Assembly: GCF_030144855.1 (NCBI RefSeq)
Contig: NC_082722.1
Span: 27,528,001-27,592,000, forward strand
Direction of reading: 5' to 3'
Source of the DNA: Hypanus sabinus
Taxonomy: Eukaryota
DNA length: 64,000 nucleotides
The notes beneath the pieces are model-generated. The model did not search any database and had not been told where the DNA came from. It worked only from the letters and a program-made list of their open reading frames with translations. This document shows, piece after piece, positions 62,630 to 64,000 of this stretch (positions within the stretch are counted from its first letter, which is position 1; each line of letters starts with the position of its first letter). The position numbers and the translations under genes are program-made.

Positions 62630-63380
62630 TTATTGTGTATTAGTATTATTGTTATTATTAGTATAATGATTGTATTTTTTCCCCAGCTCAAGCTGGTCAA
62701 ACTTCAGGTACTGGCATAACTAAGCACACCTATTTCTCAACTTCTATGAACTTTCGGACTATTCTAGTGGTGTTCAGCTTTCTGAAGAGTTACATAATCT
62801 GAAGAGTTACCTAAATATTGCTATGTAGACATAATTATTTAATGCTATTTTGTAATGACTTTGGGATGACACGTGCTGTGGATATCCTGCGGTGTATACC
62901 CTATTCATATTCCATATGCTTTTAATTTCTTTTAATTCAGCGTTATTTCTGATATTGAATTCTGTATGTTGTGTGTGCGTCCCGAATGGTTATATCTATT
63001 CAGTAAGTTGTTCTTGCTTATTTATTGTAGGCAGTTAATATGAATTGTCCGGCCTGTAATAATAGATTGGTCGTAATGTAATTTGTGGAATTCTGACTGT
63101 AAAACTGGATCATTCTTGTATTTATAGTAAGGTATGGAGCCTTTTATGAATTTGTATTTTAAATCAAGATTTTGTGGAATGTTGTTTGCAACTTTATTGT
63201 GCTTGGGAGAGTAAACAGATTGATTTAAACTGCTACAAGATTGAGTAATCTGTTGGATATTTCTGGTTTCTCTTGGCATTTTCTACTTTTATCGTCGTCA
63301 ATGTGTTGGTATTGTAAACAGTATTGTTTATATTAAACAGCTATTTCATTGCCACAAGGAAACTATCTGTTTCCAACTAT
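62630..63380 (-). mobile_element. R4/Dong-like (RLE-clade) non-LTR retrotransposon C-terminal fragment
   Basis: Degenerate CCHC (SRKCQE...IQQITQSC), HNKVANNI, KLHYDQSIITGRTIH, and a TAA-rich tail at 62630-62670. Confidence 0.65.
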
Positions 63381-63739
63381 TATCATTATTTTTATTATCT
63401 GTCAAACGCCTGCTCGGCAGCAGGAGACTGAGTTTGGAAAGTCCCCTGGACAGTGAGTCGTATAGCTGCATAGACTTGGAGAACAGGTGAGGAGCTGGGC
63501 TTGGGTTTCAAGGAGAAGACATCCACCGATGTAACATCAGCCGCATCCCTTTCCCACTCCCCGTCCTGAAAATAAGCCCAGACACATCTGTACCCAAATT
63601 GGGCGTTTCTCTGATCAGCATTTGTTCTCCATGTTAGTTGCAGCTGAAACTAAAATCTGGCTGGAGATTAAAAAAAAACATCTAACTCCTTCCACTTTCG
63701 AAATCGAAAGATGTCTACGGAACACCTAAGTCATATCCA

Positions 63740-64000
63740 TATTCACTCACCGTCCTTATATCCAGGTGCCTATTCAAACATTTATTAAAAGCCCCTGTTG
63801 TACTTGCTGCTACCACCATACCAGGCAGGGCATTACAGGCATCCACGACTCTCCGAGTAAACGTGCTTACCTCTCACAGCCCCCTTGAACCTAACTCCTC
63901 CCAGGTTTAATTTCATTTCACGTTTCAAACGTGGGCAACCGATACTCTCTAAACACTATCTTGCCTTTGATATTCTTTTAAATCTCTCTCAGATCTCCCC
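63740..64000 (-). mobile_element. Old CR1-like 3' fragment at the right edge
   Basis: Reverse complement resembles ...RVVDA.NALPGMVVAA..TGAF of CR1 C-termini. Confidence 0.45.

Noticed and set aside
1-64000. CRISPR arrays, rRNA or tRNA genes, prokaryotic operons
   Set aside because: None seen; the sequence is intron-containing vertebrate DNA and the only tRNA-related sequences are a retroviral PBS and a SINE fragment.

Overview
Vertebrate genomic DNA, very likely from a cartilaginous fish (inferred from the CR1, Penelope and L1 repeat types), dominated by retroelements and carrying a tandem cluster of immunoglobulin-superfamily receptor genes on the minus strand. One gene looks intact: leader (6907-6961), a single exon encoding a compact V domain with a germline-fused J-like G-x-G motif (6415-6720), a C1-set exon (2419-2712) and a transmembrane exon (1061-1165), joined by GT-AG phase-1 introns. 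This is a non-rearranging VJ-C1 antigen-receptor-like gene whose last exon is probably left of the window. A disabled paralog (C1, TM and cytoplasmic exons) lies at 50850-53346, and a third unit between them (about 38.3-45.5 kb) keeps only upstream DNA. Other contents: an ERV-like provirus (tRNA-Arg PBS, 2H-phosphoesterase-like insert, env remnant) with a nested BEL/Pao deletion derivative, two internally deleted L1 elements, three solo LTRs, many CR1 fragments, Rex/Babar, Gypsy, R4/Dong-like and Penelope-like remnants, and a 170-N assembly gap. All alignments and divergence counts were done by eye and are approximate.
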